Assembly: GCA_964016885.1 (NCBI GenBank) | Contig: OZ024743.1 | Coordinates: 175,460,001 to 175,524,000, forward strand | Length of the DNA: 64,000 bases | Source: Eledone cirrhosa | Taxonomy: Eukaryota | Reading direction: 5' to 3' | The notes under the pieces: generated by a model | Told to the model about the DNA's origin: nothing | Database searches by the model: none | What the model saw: the letters and a program-made list of their open reading frames with translations, nothing else | Program-made: the position numbers and the translations under genes | Part shown: positions 16,671 through 29,162 of the stretch, piece after piece | Numbering within the stretch: the stretch's first letter is position 1 | Layout: each line of letters begins with the position of its first letter

Positions 16671-17884
16671 CCAACAACAACACCAACAACAACAGCAACA
16701 ACACCAAAACCAACAACAACAACACCAACAACGACACCAACAACAATAACACCAACGACAACACCAACATCTACACCAACAACAACACCAACAACACCAA
16801 TAACAACACCAACAATAACACCAACAACAACAACACCAATAAAACAACAACAACAACAACACCAACAACAGCAACACCAGCAACAACAACAACACCAACA
16901 AAAACAACACCAACAACAACAACACCAGCAACAACACCAACTTCAACAGCAATAACAACACCACCAACAACACCAGCAACAACAACAACACCACCACCAC
17001 CAACAAAACAACAGCAACAACAATACCAACAACAACACCAGCAACAACAAAAACACCAACAGCATCATCGCCAACAACAACAACACCAACAACACCAACA
17101 ACAACACCAACAACAACAACACCAACAACAACACCAACAACAAAAACAACACCAACAACAACAACACCAACAACAACAACACCAACAACAACAACACCAA
17201 CAACATCACCAATATGAACAACACCAACAACAGGAACACCAACAACAACTCCACCAACAACACCAACAACAACAACAACACCAAGAACAACAACACCAAC
17301 AACAACACCACCAAGAACAACACCAACAACAACACCAACAACAAAAACAACACCACTAACAACAACACCAACAGCTGCAGCAGCAACAACAACACCAACA
17401 ACAGGATCAGCCGCAACAACAACACCAACATCAACACCAACAACAACACCAACAACAACAAGAACAACACCACCATGACCAACAACAACACCAACAACAA
17501 CAACACAAACAACACCAACAACACCAACAACACCAACAACAATAACAACAAAACCAACAAGAACAACAACAACACCAACAACAACACCAACAACAAAAAC
17601 AACAACACCAACAACAACAACACCAACAACAACAACACCAACAACATCACCAATATGAACAACACCAACAACAGGAACAGCAACAACAACTCCACCAACA
17701 ACACCAACAACAACAACAACATCAAGAACAACACCAACAACAACAACAACAACAACAACACCAACAACAACACCAACAACAACACCAACAACAACACCAA
17801 CAACAATAAATAATTTGGAAAAAGAAGAAATAAATAATTTAACATTTCAAATATAGAAACAGATTCCCACGCCTTGCCCTTCTA

Positions 17885-18242
17885 CAAACACACACACATA
17901 TAGACATATATACACACACACACACACATATAGACATACAAAGACACTCACACCCACACACACACATATATTTATATAGACATACACACACACTCACACT
18001 CACACATATATATAGACACACACACACACACACCGGAATACACACACATACACACACACATACACACATACACACATATATATATAGACATACACACACA
18101 CACACTCACACACTTATATATAGACATACACACATACACACTCACATACATACATATACACAGATACATACACAAATACATACACAAATATATATACAGA
18201 TACACACACAGATACATACACACTCACAGATACGTACACACA
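17885..18242. repeat. Imperfect (CA)/(TA) microsatellite
   Basis: Direct reading. Confidence 0.9.
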
Positions 18243-18340
18243 TTGTGTCAAGGATTTCGGAAATTCTCCAGAAACTTGTTTAAATAAAAATAGCTTCGTT
18301 TAGTTACATCAGAGTAAAAGTAGAAACGATTTACTCTCTT

Positions 18341-18541
18341 TTCTTCTTCTTCTTCTTCTTCTTCTTCTTCTTCTTCTTCTTCTTCTTCTTCTTCTTCTTC
18401 TTCTTCTTCTTCTTCTTCTTCTTCTTCTTCTTCTTCTTCTTCTCCACCACCACCACCACCACCACCACCACCACCACCACCACCACCACCACCACCACCA
18501 CCACCACCACCACCACCACCACCACCACCACCACCACCACC
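18341..18541. repeat. Compound perfect microsatellite (TTC)n-(CCA)n
   Basis: (TTC)n 18341-18442 abuts (CCA)n 18444-18541. Confidence 0.97.
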
Positions 18542-18969
18542 GTATTCTCCAACTAGTTCAATTCTCTTCCATCGACGGTACCTTTTAAAAAATTATTACT
18601 GTTAAATGCCAACACAATCTGTCATTCTTGAAAGGCTCATATTTCATGCGGTAGCACTAAATCAGCGTTTAAATATAATAGATGTGTATATGAAAACATA
18701 TATAGACACATATAATACGTTTATATACAATTAATATATGGGTAGCCTTGCTGCCGAAGGAAAATATTTTTCCGTAACGAAACGAAAAATAAAAGGAAAT
18801 GTGTTTCTCTATTTTCCTCTGAATATGTCAGTGAGTTTCAGTATGTTTTAAGAATGTCAGACAGTGCTGTTTCAAGATTTGTTAATCTTTCATCAGTGAC
18901 ACTCACTCAAAAGTGCTGTCATGAAATAGATTATAGTCTCTGGCATGAAATAGATTACAAGAAAAATAC

Positions 18970-19265
18970 CCCGTTCGATCACGAATGACCATGGGATTTG
19001 TGCCTCCGAGGCACAAGTCTATTCAAGATGTTTTTGTGGTTGACCAGCAGTCGCCTATACATACCAGTCGGTCTCCCCCTCCACGCCATCGATGTTGTCC
19101 AAGGAAAAGACAATGGCTGATACAGCTTGGCACCAGTGACGTCGCAACTCATTTCTACAGCTGAGTAAACTGGAGCAAAATGAAATAAAGTGTCTTGCTC
19201 AAGGACACAACTCATCACCCGGTCCGAGAATCGAACGCATAAACTCATGATTGCAAGCCCAACGT
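18970..19265 (-). mobile_element. tRNA-derived CORE-type SINE (family B)
   Basis: Minus strand has B-box GTTCGATTC followed by TGTGTCCTTGAGCAAGACACTT, a CORE-like motif; homologous to 42615-42830. Confidence 0.75.
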
Positions 19266-19321
19266 TAAGCTATATAGAGTTCTTTTATTTTTTTCGTATT
19301 TCTTCTTTAGCTTCCTTCTAA

Positions 19322-19503
19322 AATAATTGTTTCTACTTTAGGCACAAGGCCAGCAATTACCCAGTGCATTACTGGTACTTTATTTTATAGACCCCGTAAG
19401 GATGAAAGGCAAAGTAAACCTCGGCGGGATTTGAACTCAGATGGCAAGGGCTGTAACTCTATGAGTCAAAGCATGGCGTCCGACCCTCTACCGATATTGC
19501 CAC
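19322..19503 (-). mobile_element. tRNA-derived SINE (family A)
   Basis: A-box TGGCAATATCGG, B-box GAGTTCAAATCC, central GCCTTTCATCCTTACGGGGTC...AAGTACCAG, tail AAACAATTATT; more than 10 copies in the window. Confidence 0.85.
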
Positions 19504-19654
19504 TAAAATAATCTTTTCTAATGACACTCACATACTCCCTTGGCCAGTTCATTCATTTGTCATCCTATCCTCATAGTTTCCTTTCATCTTGCACATCCCT
19601 AAAAAGGGATGAACGTCACATAATTTTATCCCCCAGTGAAGATTTGGGAACTTG

Positions 19655-19830
19655 TAATAATTATTTCTACTTTTGGCACAAGGCCAGCAATTATCCCAGT
19701 GTAATACTGGTACTTTATTGTATCGACTTCGTAGGGATGAAAGGCGGGAATTGAACTCAGACCATAAAGGGCCATAACTGGTCTGAGTTCAATTCCCGCC
19801 GAGGTTAACTTTGCCTTTCATCCTTACGAA
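19655..19830. mobile_element. Family A SINE, fold-back (head-to-head) rearranged copy
   Basis: Minus copy then plus copy; perfect 22-bp stem 19743-19764/19779-19800. Confidence 0.8.
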
Positions 19831-20069
19831 CTTGTAATAATGCTCGAAGTTATAATCTAATAACATGAATAACCGCAATGGTTTCGATAACCCGACTGAA
19901 TAGACTTGATCCACACAATCTCACTTAACTTACCAATGCCATTAAACAAGGTTACATAGCATGAAATACGAGGCTTTCAAGAATGACGGATTGTGTTGAC
20001 ATTAAACATTAGTACTTATTTAAAAGGCATCGTTGATGGAAGCGAGTTAAATTAGTTGGAGAATGACCG

Positions 20070-20380
20070 TTATATATATAGGCGATAAATTCGTTTTGCA
20101 AGGTTTTAGATATAAAATCGTGTGTTGAAACAAATATTGTTATATTTGGGGAGGTTCATATTGTTATAACATTGCCAGAAATAATAAAACACACTCACTG
20201 TTTGGTTTGGATTGGTTTTCGCTTCTGTATATTTTATATCTCCATAGTTAATTTAGCTGGCAATTAATGCTTATCATTGATTGACCAACGGTTAAAAATA
20301 TAGATATAAATATTTATATATATAAATAGTCTATCAAAGTTCTTTCATCACACACCTGTGACATCATCAGTGGTACTATT
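20070..20380 (-). mobile_element. Solo PLE pLTR-like unit (same family as 46170-46500 and 53100-53375)
   Basis: Shares aaacagtgagtgtgtt...ttctggcaat...ctccccaa..ataacaatat with the 3' region downstream of the GIY-YIG ORF at 52388; carries a hammerhead motif. Confidence 0.7.
20330..20375 (-). ncRNA. Hammerhead ribozyme-like motif (type I)
   Basis: Minus strand: tacca CTGATGA t gtcaca ggtg tgtgat GAAA g aa ctt tgata; stem II 6 bp, imperfect stem I. Confidence 0.55.
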
Positions 20381-20431
20381 ATATTTCCTCGCGTTGTAGT
20401 GTAATGTCTATTCTATCATTTATTTATTTAT

Positions 20432-20546
20432 TCTCCAGGTAGAAGGAGCAACGTGAAATAAAGTGTCTTGCCCGAGGATATAACGCATCGGTCGGTCCAG
20501 GAATCGAACTGACAATCTCCCGATTGAGAGTCCAATTCTCTAACTA
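20432..20546 (-). mobile_element. Family B SINE 5' fragment
   Basis: Minus strand GTTCGATTCCTGGACC...CAAGACACTTTATTTCACGTTGCTCC matches the 42615 copy. Confidence 0.75.
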
Positions 20547-20564
20547 CTCTCTCTCTATATATAT

Positions 20565-20610
<46 letters not shown>

Positions 20611-20791
20611 CATATATAAAAATGTGTATGTGTATGCATGTATACACACACATATATATATTTGTGTGTATGTATATATGTATGTATGTATGCATGCATG
20701 TACGCATGTATGTGTATATCTATATACATGCATATATTTGTATGTATGTGTATGCATGTGTATGTATATATATTATATATATACACACACA

Positions 20792-20827
<36 letters not shown>

Positions 20828-20830
20828 TGT

Positions 20831-21150
20831 ATGTTGACTTGTTCTTATTTTTGGTAAATATCATCTTGGTTAAGAGAGTGGGACTGGCTTTGTGCAGTGC
20901 CTTTGCTCACTATAAAAGCTTCACGGCACAGGCATTGCTTTATATCTGGAGATCTCTCTGCACTTGTCGTTACATGGTACCATGGGCCCAGCACTATGTG
21001 TCAATAATTGTCACAAGTGTAGTGTTTGTACCAGAGTTTTCAAGTCGCTGGCTGGACTAAAGAGTCACACTCGTTCAGCGCATCGGTAAGGGTTCTCATA
21101 CATGGATATAAAGTAGTGGCCGTACTCGAAAACGAGTTGGCAGCCACCAT
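20831..21150 (+). mobile_element. Non-autonomous RTE-derived element, 5'-truncated, in (TATG)n
   Basis: Near-identical to the 37136 and 39849 copies; ends ggccgtactcgaaaacgagttggcagccacc(ATGT)n. Confidence 0.7.
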
Positions 21151-21201
21151 GTATGTATGCATGTATGCATGTATGTATGTATGCATGCATGTATGCATGT
21201 A

Positions 21202-21283
<82 letters not shown>

Positions 21284-21627
21284 TGTGCATGCTTAGAATA
21301 GATTTAGGAAAACCAATACAAAGTAAGTTACAAATAGAGAAGTGAACGGATTTTACAATTTGATTTTATATATCACAATATTTCGGGGTTAAGGTGCCCT
21401 TTTCAAAACAGGAGATGGAATGAGATATCGGGCTCACTACCATGATTACACTTTATTTTCTCTATTTTCTTGAAAGAAATGGTCTTAACTTCTATATATC
21501 ATGAAATACGCAACAGTATTTCGCTTTGTCTTATTTTATTCTTGTTTTCACTATTTTGTTTTTTAATTTGTATTGTACTGGATTCTGTATATTTCGTAAT
21601 ACTTCCTAAATACATATTCATACTATC

Positions 21628-21628
21628 A

Positions 21629-21720
<92 letters not shown>

Positions 21721-21824
21721 CTACGTCTATCTATCTGTCTATCTGTTTGTCAGTCTGTCGGTCTGTCTATCTATCACTCTATCAAGGTGCACACACATAC
21801 ATCCCCCCCACACACATATATATA

Positions 21825-21920
<96 letters not shown>
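21628..21920. repeat. (TCTA)n, (CA)n and (TA)n microsatellites
   Basis: Direct reading. Confidence 0.9.
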
Positions 21921-21923
<3 letters not shown>

Positions 21924-22686
21924 GAAAAGTATAGAAATTATTGTAGCAAGAAGCCAACAGTATTCCATAATATATAAGTGAATAAGTGACTATAGCGTCA
22001 AAATGGGAAAATAGTTAACGTAAGATGTGGGAAAAATAATTCAAACTCAATTCAAAAAGAATCAGGATATAGATTCATTCAACAGAATTTAGTGAAATCA
22101 AAGGAAACATCAATAGAGACTTAACTCATGATAAAATAAAGTTTAAAATACTCATCCTTCAATTTGGAACAACTACAAAAGCTCTGTATAGTCTTAAAGA
22201 CTATTTCATGATAACTTTCATTGGAGATGGTCACGGTTGGATTTCAATCGTCAGCAGAGCTCAACTCGATAACCAGGACTCTCACAGATTTATATTCATC
22301 GATCCTCAGCAGAGTTCAACACAATAGTAAAAATGTCACTGATTATAATACGCCAAAAAGGGAATTTAAAAGCAGGCTAGTTTAACATCATGCGTGATTA
22401 TGAAAATAAAACGCACATGTGGAAACAGGGCTGGTGACGTCAGAATGAGACGAATGTTTTTTTACATGAAACAACAGTCAAAACCATTCCGAAAAAAACT
22501 CTACAATAAGGAGTTCAGCAAAAAGCAATATTATCGCGGTTTTTAAAAAAAAAAATGACAGGGATTAGTCACAAATAATTTAAGCACTCTAGGAAAGAAA
22601 TCCGAGTATAAATATAAATGAAAAGTATAGAAATTATTGTAGCAAGAAGCCAACAGTATTCCATAATATATAAGTGACTATACCGT

Positions 22687-22690
<4 letters not shown>
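21916..22690 (-). mobile_element. About 695-bp unit plus about 75-bp partial direct repeat between (TA)n tracts; pLTR/retrozyme-like; relative at 31160-31510
   Basis: atataaatgaaaagtatagaaattattgtagcaagaagccaacagtattcc occurs at about 21916 and 22612. Minus-strand CTGACGA...GAAATAGTC at 22199-22254. Confidence 0.6.
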
Positions 22691-22745
<55 letters not shown>

Positions 22746-23166
22746 TATATATATATACGATATATACGACAGTAACGCAGATCCTAGCTCCACATTGAAT
22801 TCATGAAACAGTTTCGATCACCGATAACAAACAATTCAACTAGTTTGCATGGTTAATGCCTTTGAAGCAACAATGGACTATACAAAGCAAAAACAGGGAA
22901 AGATAATATAATGCAAGACAGGATAAGAAAGTCAATACATAACAAGAAACAAAAAAATGGAAGCATGTTAAGGAATGACAAGGAATGTCAAAATAAGACA
23001 CAATAAAAGACAGAATAAAACCAAACAGAAGATGAAACCAGATAAAACTTGATAAGCTAGGATAAGGGGAGATAATGCAAGGTAAGATAACCGAGAATAG
23101 GGAGATAAAACGTAAAATACGATTAGATAAGATATGTTAAAATAATCGCATTAACACACACACATA

Positions 23167-23232
<66 letters not shown>

Positions 23233-23235
23233 TAT

Positions 23236-23305
<70 letters not shown>

Positions 23306-23308
23306 ATA

Positions 23309-23385
<77 letters not shown>

Positions 23386-23525
23386 TCATTTATATCATCA
23401 TCGTTTAACGTACATTTTCCATGCTAGCACACACACTCACACACACATTAACAGAAATAACAACACAATCGGTACAGTATATGGAAAGAATATATTAGGT
23501 TAACGCTTGAAAGAGCAGGAAGAGG

Positions 23526-23562
23526 GTTTTAACGTTTCGGACGCTTGTCCTTCATCAGAAAA
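23526..23562 (-). ncRNA. Minimal hammerhead ribozyme motif, inverted and immediately upstream of the PLE RT fragment
   Basis: Minus strand: tttt CTGATGA a ggac aagc gtcc GAAAC GTT aaaa; stem III region is the palindrome AACGTT. Confidence 0.65.
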
Positions 23563-23629
23563 AAGAATGAGAAATACGATGGATTGAAGGGACGGGCGGG
23601 GTGGAATTGGAAATATATATATGTGTATA

Positions 23630-24420
23630 TATTCCCATTAGATTCACAGCGCCATTTATATTAGACGCAGTTAAACTTATTCTGGAAAACAACACTTTCT
23701 TCTTCAATGGAAAGAATTACATCCAAATTAGAGGCACAGCGATGGGAACGAAGTTTGCTCCCGTTTACGCGAACTCTGTAATGGGATACTTAGAACAACA
23801 ACTCTACCAAGAAATAGAGGAAAAATATAGTACTGACTTTAGAAAGTACATTGAAAAATCTTGGAAGAGTTACCTTGACGACTGTTTCATCATCTGGACA
23901 GAATCTCTAGATACTCTGGATGAGTTCAATATCCTCCTGAATAACCTACACCCATCTCTCCAATTTACAAAAGAGATGAGTAGGACCAAATTACCATTCC
24001 TAGATATAATGATAATCAAAAACGACACCACCATCACCACGGATATATATTATAAACACACAGACACCCATCAATATCTGAATTTTAAGTCGTGCCATCC
24101 ACCTCATACAAAACGCAACATCCCATACTGCCTAGCCAGAAGAATTTGTACCATTGTAGAAGATACGAATACCAGGTACAAACGCCTAACAGAACTGAGA
24201 GAATTTTTGCTCAAACAAAAATACCCACCTCTACTTATAGAAAATGGCATACAGCGGGCTATAAAAATACCTATACAACAACTTAGAACAACCCAAGGAA
24301 GAAGAAACCAAGAACTGGTCATACCATTTATAATGACACACAACCCATGTCACCAGAATATCTTCAACACTGCCAAAGCAAACCTACCGATCATTGCTCA
24401 AAGTAATGAATTAAAAGGCT
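23630..24420 (+). mobile_element. Penelope-like element reverse transcriptase, 5'-truncated C-terminal half (within ORF 23601-24554)
   Basis: FFFNGKNYIQIRGTAMGTKFAPVYAN, YLDDCF catalytic motif, LPFLD, YYKHTDTHQYLNFKSCHP: typical PLE RT and thumb. Confidence 0.92.
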
Positions 24421-24785
24421 TTGACCTCATGCCCAGCTGTAGCCGGCACTACCAACGCATGATTGGGTTTACTCCACTCCCTCCCCTTTTTCTCCTACTG
24501 GCAGGTTTAGCCACCCTCTCCCCCACTAATTTGCTATCACAGAATTACTACTAACTTGTGACCAATCCTTGTGACAATCACTTTGACCATATATGGAATT
24601 ACCCCTTGAGAAGCTCGGCTATTCATATACCAGGATAAATTTTCATTTAGTCCTGAATTAGCCGTCGAAACGGCTTGAGCTCAGCCGTCGAGGTCTTACT
24701 GGTTCCTATTACCCACTCTACTACCCTAAGTATTGAGTACTTTGGTGCATTATGGTCCACCTGGTTCCTTACCACATTTCCTTCG

Positions 24786-24788
<3 letters not shown>
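24420..24788 (+). mobile_element. PLE pLTR-like 3' segment with a U3-A8 hammerhead-like motif (24604-24675); same family as 63675-63868
   Basis: TTGAGAA...long stem II (cggctattca/tgaattagccg)...GAAACGGC; 3' part matches 63740-63868; ends in (TA)n. Confidence 0.55.
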
Positions 24789-24860
<72 letters not shown>

Positions 24861-24865
24861 CATAC

Positions 24866-24903
<38 letters not shown>

Positions 24904-25296
24904 TTAAACAGTTTACTCAGCTGTAGAAATGAGTACCGGCCTGCTCGCCCAGCCAGTGGGATGGCGTTATCTTATGTCTAAAACAGCACAACGTGCTGTG
25001 ACCAGCGGCGCCGATTGCCGCCCGACAGACTGGTCGGTCAAGGTGGCCAAAGTGATATATCATAATCTATAAAGCTCAGTGTGTATCTACAACCCACACA
25101 TTTAGCTACTTTCTCTTTTATACTTCAAATTATTACATTTCATACGAAACGACAATTATTCAAAAGCAACAGATACATTTATTCAACAACAAGCGATAAA
25201 TCTTTTTTAAAACCTCTTTTACAAACGCATGCAAACACACACTCACTTCAACAACAACAACAACAATCTGCCTTTTATAGATAATGATAAACAATA

Positions 25297-25569
25297 ATAT
25301 CCTCTATGAGGTCACTAAACCTGCTAGAAACAGCAGCTAACTCTCCCCCATACCACACCCCTCCCTAGTGTCTTAAATTTAGAAAACATATCTTCTATGA
25401 GGTCACTAAACCTGCTAGAAACAGCAGCTAACTCTCCTCCATATCACACCACTCCCTACTGTCTTAAATTTAGAAAACATATCCTCTATGAGGTCACTAA
25501 ACCTGCTAGAAACAACAGCTAACTCTCCCTCATATCACAAACCTCCTTACTGTCTTAAATTTAGAAAAC
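25297..25569 (+). repeat. 3 x 91-bp tandem repeat
   Basis: c(c/t)tctatgaggtcactaaacctgctagaaac starts at 25301, 25392 and 25483. Confidence 0.92.
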
Positions 25570-25831
25570 ACACAGACAACCATGCAGAACAACTCCATCG
25601 CAGCTCTGTTATTCGGCTGGCATCGTTTACGCGCGTGTTGCGCAAGTACTGTGAAACAATAAATTTCAACACTTTTTTGCACAGAGATAATATCCATAGG
25701 CGAAACTACAATTGTCACTGCTGGCGCAGCTCCTGCTTCCAAGTCTGCAATTCATTCACCCAGTGCCTGGCAGACAAAAAAAACTGCTGCCATAAAATGG
25801 GTGGTGCAACCTAACTTTGGTAACTTAATGA

Positions 25832-25860
25832 CCCCGAGCAACGCCGGGCTTTAATGCTAG
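25832..25860 (+). mobile_element. Helitron 3' terminus
   Basis: GC hairpin cccg-agcaacgc-cggg followed shortly by CTAG. Confidence 0.6.
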
Positions 25861-25874
25861 AATATATATATATA

Positions 25875-26126
25875 TATATTTGAAAAAGGAAAAGAATGAC
25901 TTCACAAAAGGATGACATCTCAGTTTGACAATCGCCACAGACAGACGAATGCGAGAAAGTTCTCCAACTCAACTTAACCAGGAATCTCTAAAATTCTTCC
26001 TACCGAAGTTAACAAAGAACTTACTGGATCTACCAACTCATAATATTATAATCTTATATTATAACATTAAATTATAAAAAATGTTAACACTACAAGTGAA
26101 GTCATTCTTTTCTTTTTTTCAAATAT
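25875..26126. repeat. Inverted repeat (about 30-bp arms) between (TA)n tracts
   Basis: tatttgaaaaaggaaaagaatgacttcac / gtgaagtcattcttttctttttttcaaata. Confidence 0.8.
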
Positions 26127-26313
26127 ACATAACTGTACTCACACATTTTCCAATATATATATATATATATATTGAAGTTGGTGGTTTACCACTCAATAGA
26201 ACTGGCCATTCCGTATAGTTAATCATGATGTGATAGTACGAAAATCACTCAACGCATCGCAACTCAATCATCTTTGGTGTAAGAATCTGTTGGTGATGCG
26301 TGAACGGAGTTAG

Positions 26314-26383
26314 TATTATTAAATAAAGTGACAAAAGGCCGGAATTTCAACTTTCCGGCCTCTTGTCACTTTATTCAATAATA
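26314..26383. repeat. Hairpin, about 31-bp arms
   Basis: tattattaaataaagtgacaaaaggccggaa / ttccggcctcttgtcactttattcaataata. Confidence 0.85.
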
Positions 26384-26444
26384 TATATACACAGGAGGCA
26401 ACATTTCACAGTTATATTAGGTTCACGCTTGGAGGAAGTGGAGA

Positions 26445-26481
26445 AGTTTCAACGTTTCGGACTGAATCCTTCTTCAGGATA
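26445..26481 (-). ncRNA. Minimal hammerhead ribozyme motif in a pLTR-like unit related to 23460-23615
   Basis: Minus strand: tatc CTGAAGA a gga ttcag tcc GAAAC GTT gaaa; shares the atattaggtt.acgctt flank with the 23526 copy. Confidence 0.6.
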
Positions 26482-26778
26482 AGTTCAGATAAGGAGAGAA
26501 CAGATAGTGTGAGAAGGTTAGGAAAAGAAGTTGAGAAACAAAAGGAGGTTGGGAGGAGAAAAATAGGTAGTGCAGCAGGGGGTGGGGGTGGGAAGAGTGG
26601 AGGGTACGTATGTGTCGTGGGTGTGGTTGTGTGGTGTGTGTGTGTGTGTGTGTGTGCCGAAGGGAATAAATTGGTAGTTGTGCGTGGCTTCAGTCTATGT
26701 GTGTGTGTGTGGCCACCTGGGTGTCCTAGAGTCTTATAAAGTGGATGTGTGCACATTGGTATGCGCGTGTGTGTATCT

Positions 26779-26850
<72 letters not shown>

Positions 26851-26947
26851 GAAGTTAATATGTCCAAGGGTACTAAGTACCCCTAGAAATATATAAGTTG
26901 TCTATGATTCAAGGTTGTTCAATGGTATTAATTTGACATACCAGAAC

Positions 26948-27373
26948 TATAATATTAAGATAAGCAGAACAAGCAAAATTTAACCAATTTTTTAAAATAA
27001 ATTAAAAAATATAATATAAATATTTACCTCTTCTAATGGCCCTTACTGATCAGTTTCGCTTTGTAAAACACCAGAAATCCAATGGATATCTAATGGAAAA
27101 CCAAAGTTCATCACATACGGGTCACTTTCACGACCTTATCAGACCCGTGTTAGCTGGCAGAAGGCGATATATTTGATCGTTCCTGGGTCTTTAGCCCTAG
27201 GAAAGGAAAATGTTTCTCTGATGAACTTTGGTTTTCCATTAGATATCCATTGGATTTCTGGTGTTTTACAAAGCGAAGCTGATCAGTAAGGGCCATTAGA
27301 AGAGGTAAATATTTATATTATATTTTTTAATTTATTTTAAAAAATTGGTTAAATTTTGCTTGTTCTGCTTATC

Positions 27374-27384
<11 letters not shown>
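26948..27384. repeat. Fold-back module, about 165-bp arms, containing a hammerhead motif (27213-27292, +)
   Basis: Arms 26948-27113 and 27219-27384. CTGATGA actttg...caaagc GAA(A/G) c tgatca GTA aggg; the left arm keeps GAAA but is cut inside CTGATGA. Confidence 0.85.
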
Positions 27385-27440
<56 letters not shown>

Positions 27441-27657
27441 TTATATCGTAATATGTTGATAAATTGTGATTTTATGCAACACTGATTCTTCGTTCTTTAT
27501 AATATTATACTCTGCTCTGCGGCGCGAGCATCGAGTGCTCAACCGGCATACCGCTTACGGACGCGACGCATTTACCTGCAACGCTACAACAACTAGATAT
27601 ATATATACACATACGCAAAACACATATACACACATACACACAGATATATATATATAT

Positions 27658-28400
27658 TAGAGTGTGCCATAAGAAGCAAGGTCACAATACTAACGCTCCC
27701 TCCATATTTTCCCATTATAAATGCTCCAATTGGTAAAATAAACCATATTTTGTATAAAATAAATTATTTTGAGCTTTGCCTTTATCATGGTGATTATAGT
27801 GGAAAGTGTGATTATGTTGCATGAAATCATGAAAATGTGAAACCAAATATGACCATACAATAATTGTTTATTTTATTAATCCATTATATTTAGTAAGCCA
27901 GCTTTGAATATAAAGGCGTACAAGGAGGAAACAAGTTCAGTTAAGTTAACTCCAGTCATATTTTTTTCAGAGTTTCTTTTTTGAAATCCGGGACCTTGCG
28001 ACGATGAGCTTCGACTACTTGATGAACACACTGCTTCTCCTTCTCATTCTTGGTGCCGGCAACAACATCAGTTATCAACTTGACTGCTCTCTCCGCCAGA
28101 TCGTTGACTACCTTGATATTGTGAACAACAGCACAGGTATTTTGATATGACGTTTGTGATGACCAAGTTGCAGGTGACAGCTCAAGCCAAGTATCGTCGA
28201 GACCAAGGATATCGAACAGAAGCCTTGATTTCTTCCCAACTAGATGAGGCAGCTTCGTGGACAACTTCAACTCAGGAAATACTGGAGCACCACGGCCGAG
28301 AGGCCCAGACGTTTTCGTTTCGACAAGACGTTGGGTTATTTGTTTCTTCTCGGACTCTTGGCCCCGACTTGAAAACAGCACCGGCTGTATATGTACCATA
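27658..28400 (-). mobile_element. DNA transposon 3' end with transposase C-terminus (hAT superfamily, probably hATm-like); ORF 27956-28399
   Basis: IKVVNDLAERAVKLITD...EKEKQCVHQVVEAHRR motif; candidate terminus TAGAGTGTGCCA at 27658. Subfamily assigned from memory. Confidence 0.7.
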
Positions 28401-29162
28401 CATTTCTTTAGCTCGTCTTACTTTCTTTTATTTTTTATTGTAGATTTTGGGTGTATATCCAAAACTGCCTATGGTGATAAATCCCCTGGGTATAGGTTTT
28501 GGAAAAATAGTGTTATTTCACTTAACGTTCGAAACTGGAACATATCGATGTGGTTCGTAGGGCGCGGATATGATAAGGAGAATCGACCTGTTACAAGGCG
28601 ATATAATTGGAGTACACTATCCCTCATATGGACTATCAAAAATGTAAGGCTACACCACTGCTAACCAACTATTCTTTTCACAGACGCATGCTTGCAAACT
28701 CAATTGATCTGCCCGTACACCCTCTTTTTGCACTGCTTGTTCTTTGATGCATCTATGCTTTGCTTGGTTTCATATTTCTTTGAGGTCTCCGGGATTTTTG
28801 TTCCTTTATTGTTTTGTATTTTTATATTTATCTCTTTTATTATCCCTGTATTTTTGCACTTTTTTTATTTTTTTATTATTTTCTTATTGTTTCTAATCAT
28901 GCTGAGTAATACCCTCACTCATCCATTTCTACCCTCTCCCAACCTCTTTATCATGTATTGCACCATTTAAGTGATAAATATTTTGGTGTAATCTTTAATT
29001 TTTAATTTAAAAATTTTTAAGACATTTTATGACATTATGTGCATCATGTATTCTGCCTTTTTCCATATAGCGCTGGCCTCGGGACCCCCTGCTGCTACTT
29101 TAACCTTGTTCTGGTGACGCAGCTCGATGGAGCATGCAACTACTGATATACTCATGTTTATA

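Larger units (their letters stand above)
1..17808. repeat. Cryptic trinucleotide array (CAA/CAC/CAG/CAT/TAA)n, open at window start, with internal segmental duplications
   Basis: Continuous CAA-based triplets. Rare marker words recur: aactacaacacagac near 476, 2706, 4158, 6398, 7397, 13526; ggatcagccgcaac near 12524, 14122, 17404. Triplet register shifts repeatedly. Confidence 0.97.

Noticed and set aside
477-17845. Long poly-L/V/C and poly-N/T/Q ORFs (up to 912 aa)
   Set aside because: They arise from stop-poor triplet repeats; the register drifts within ORFs and there is no unique domain, signal peptide or splice context.
25297-25569. Possible CRISPR-like array
   Set aside because: Whole 91-bp units repeat with no unique spacers; eukaryotic context and no cas genes.
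28520-28690. Possible PLE linker or GIY-YIG remnant upstream of the 29163 ribozyme
   Set aside because: Only a TYRCG-like hint followed by stops; no convincing motif.
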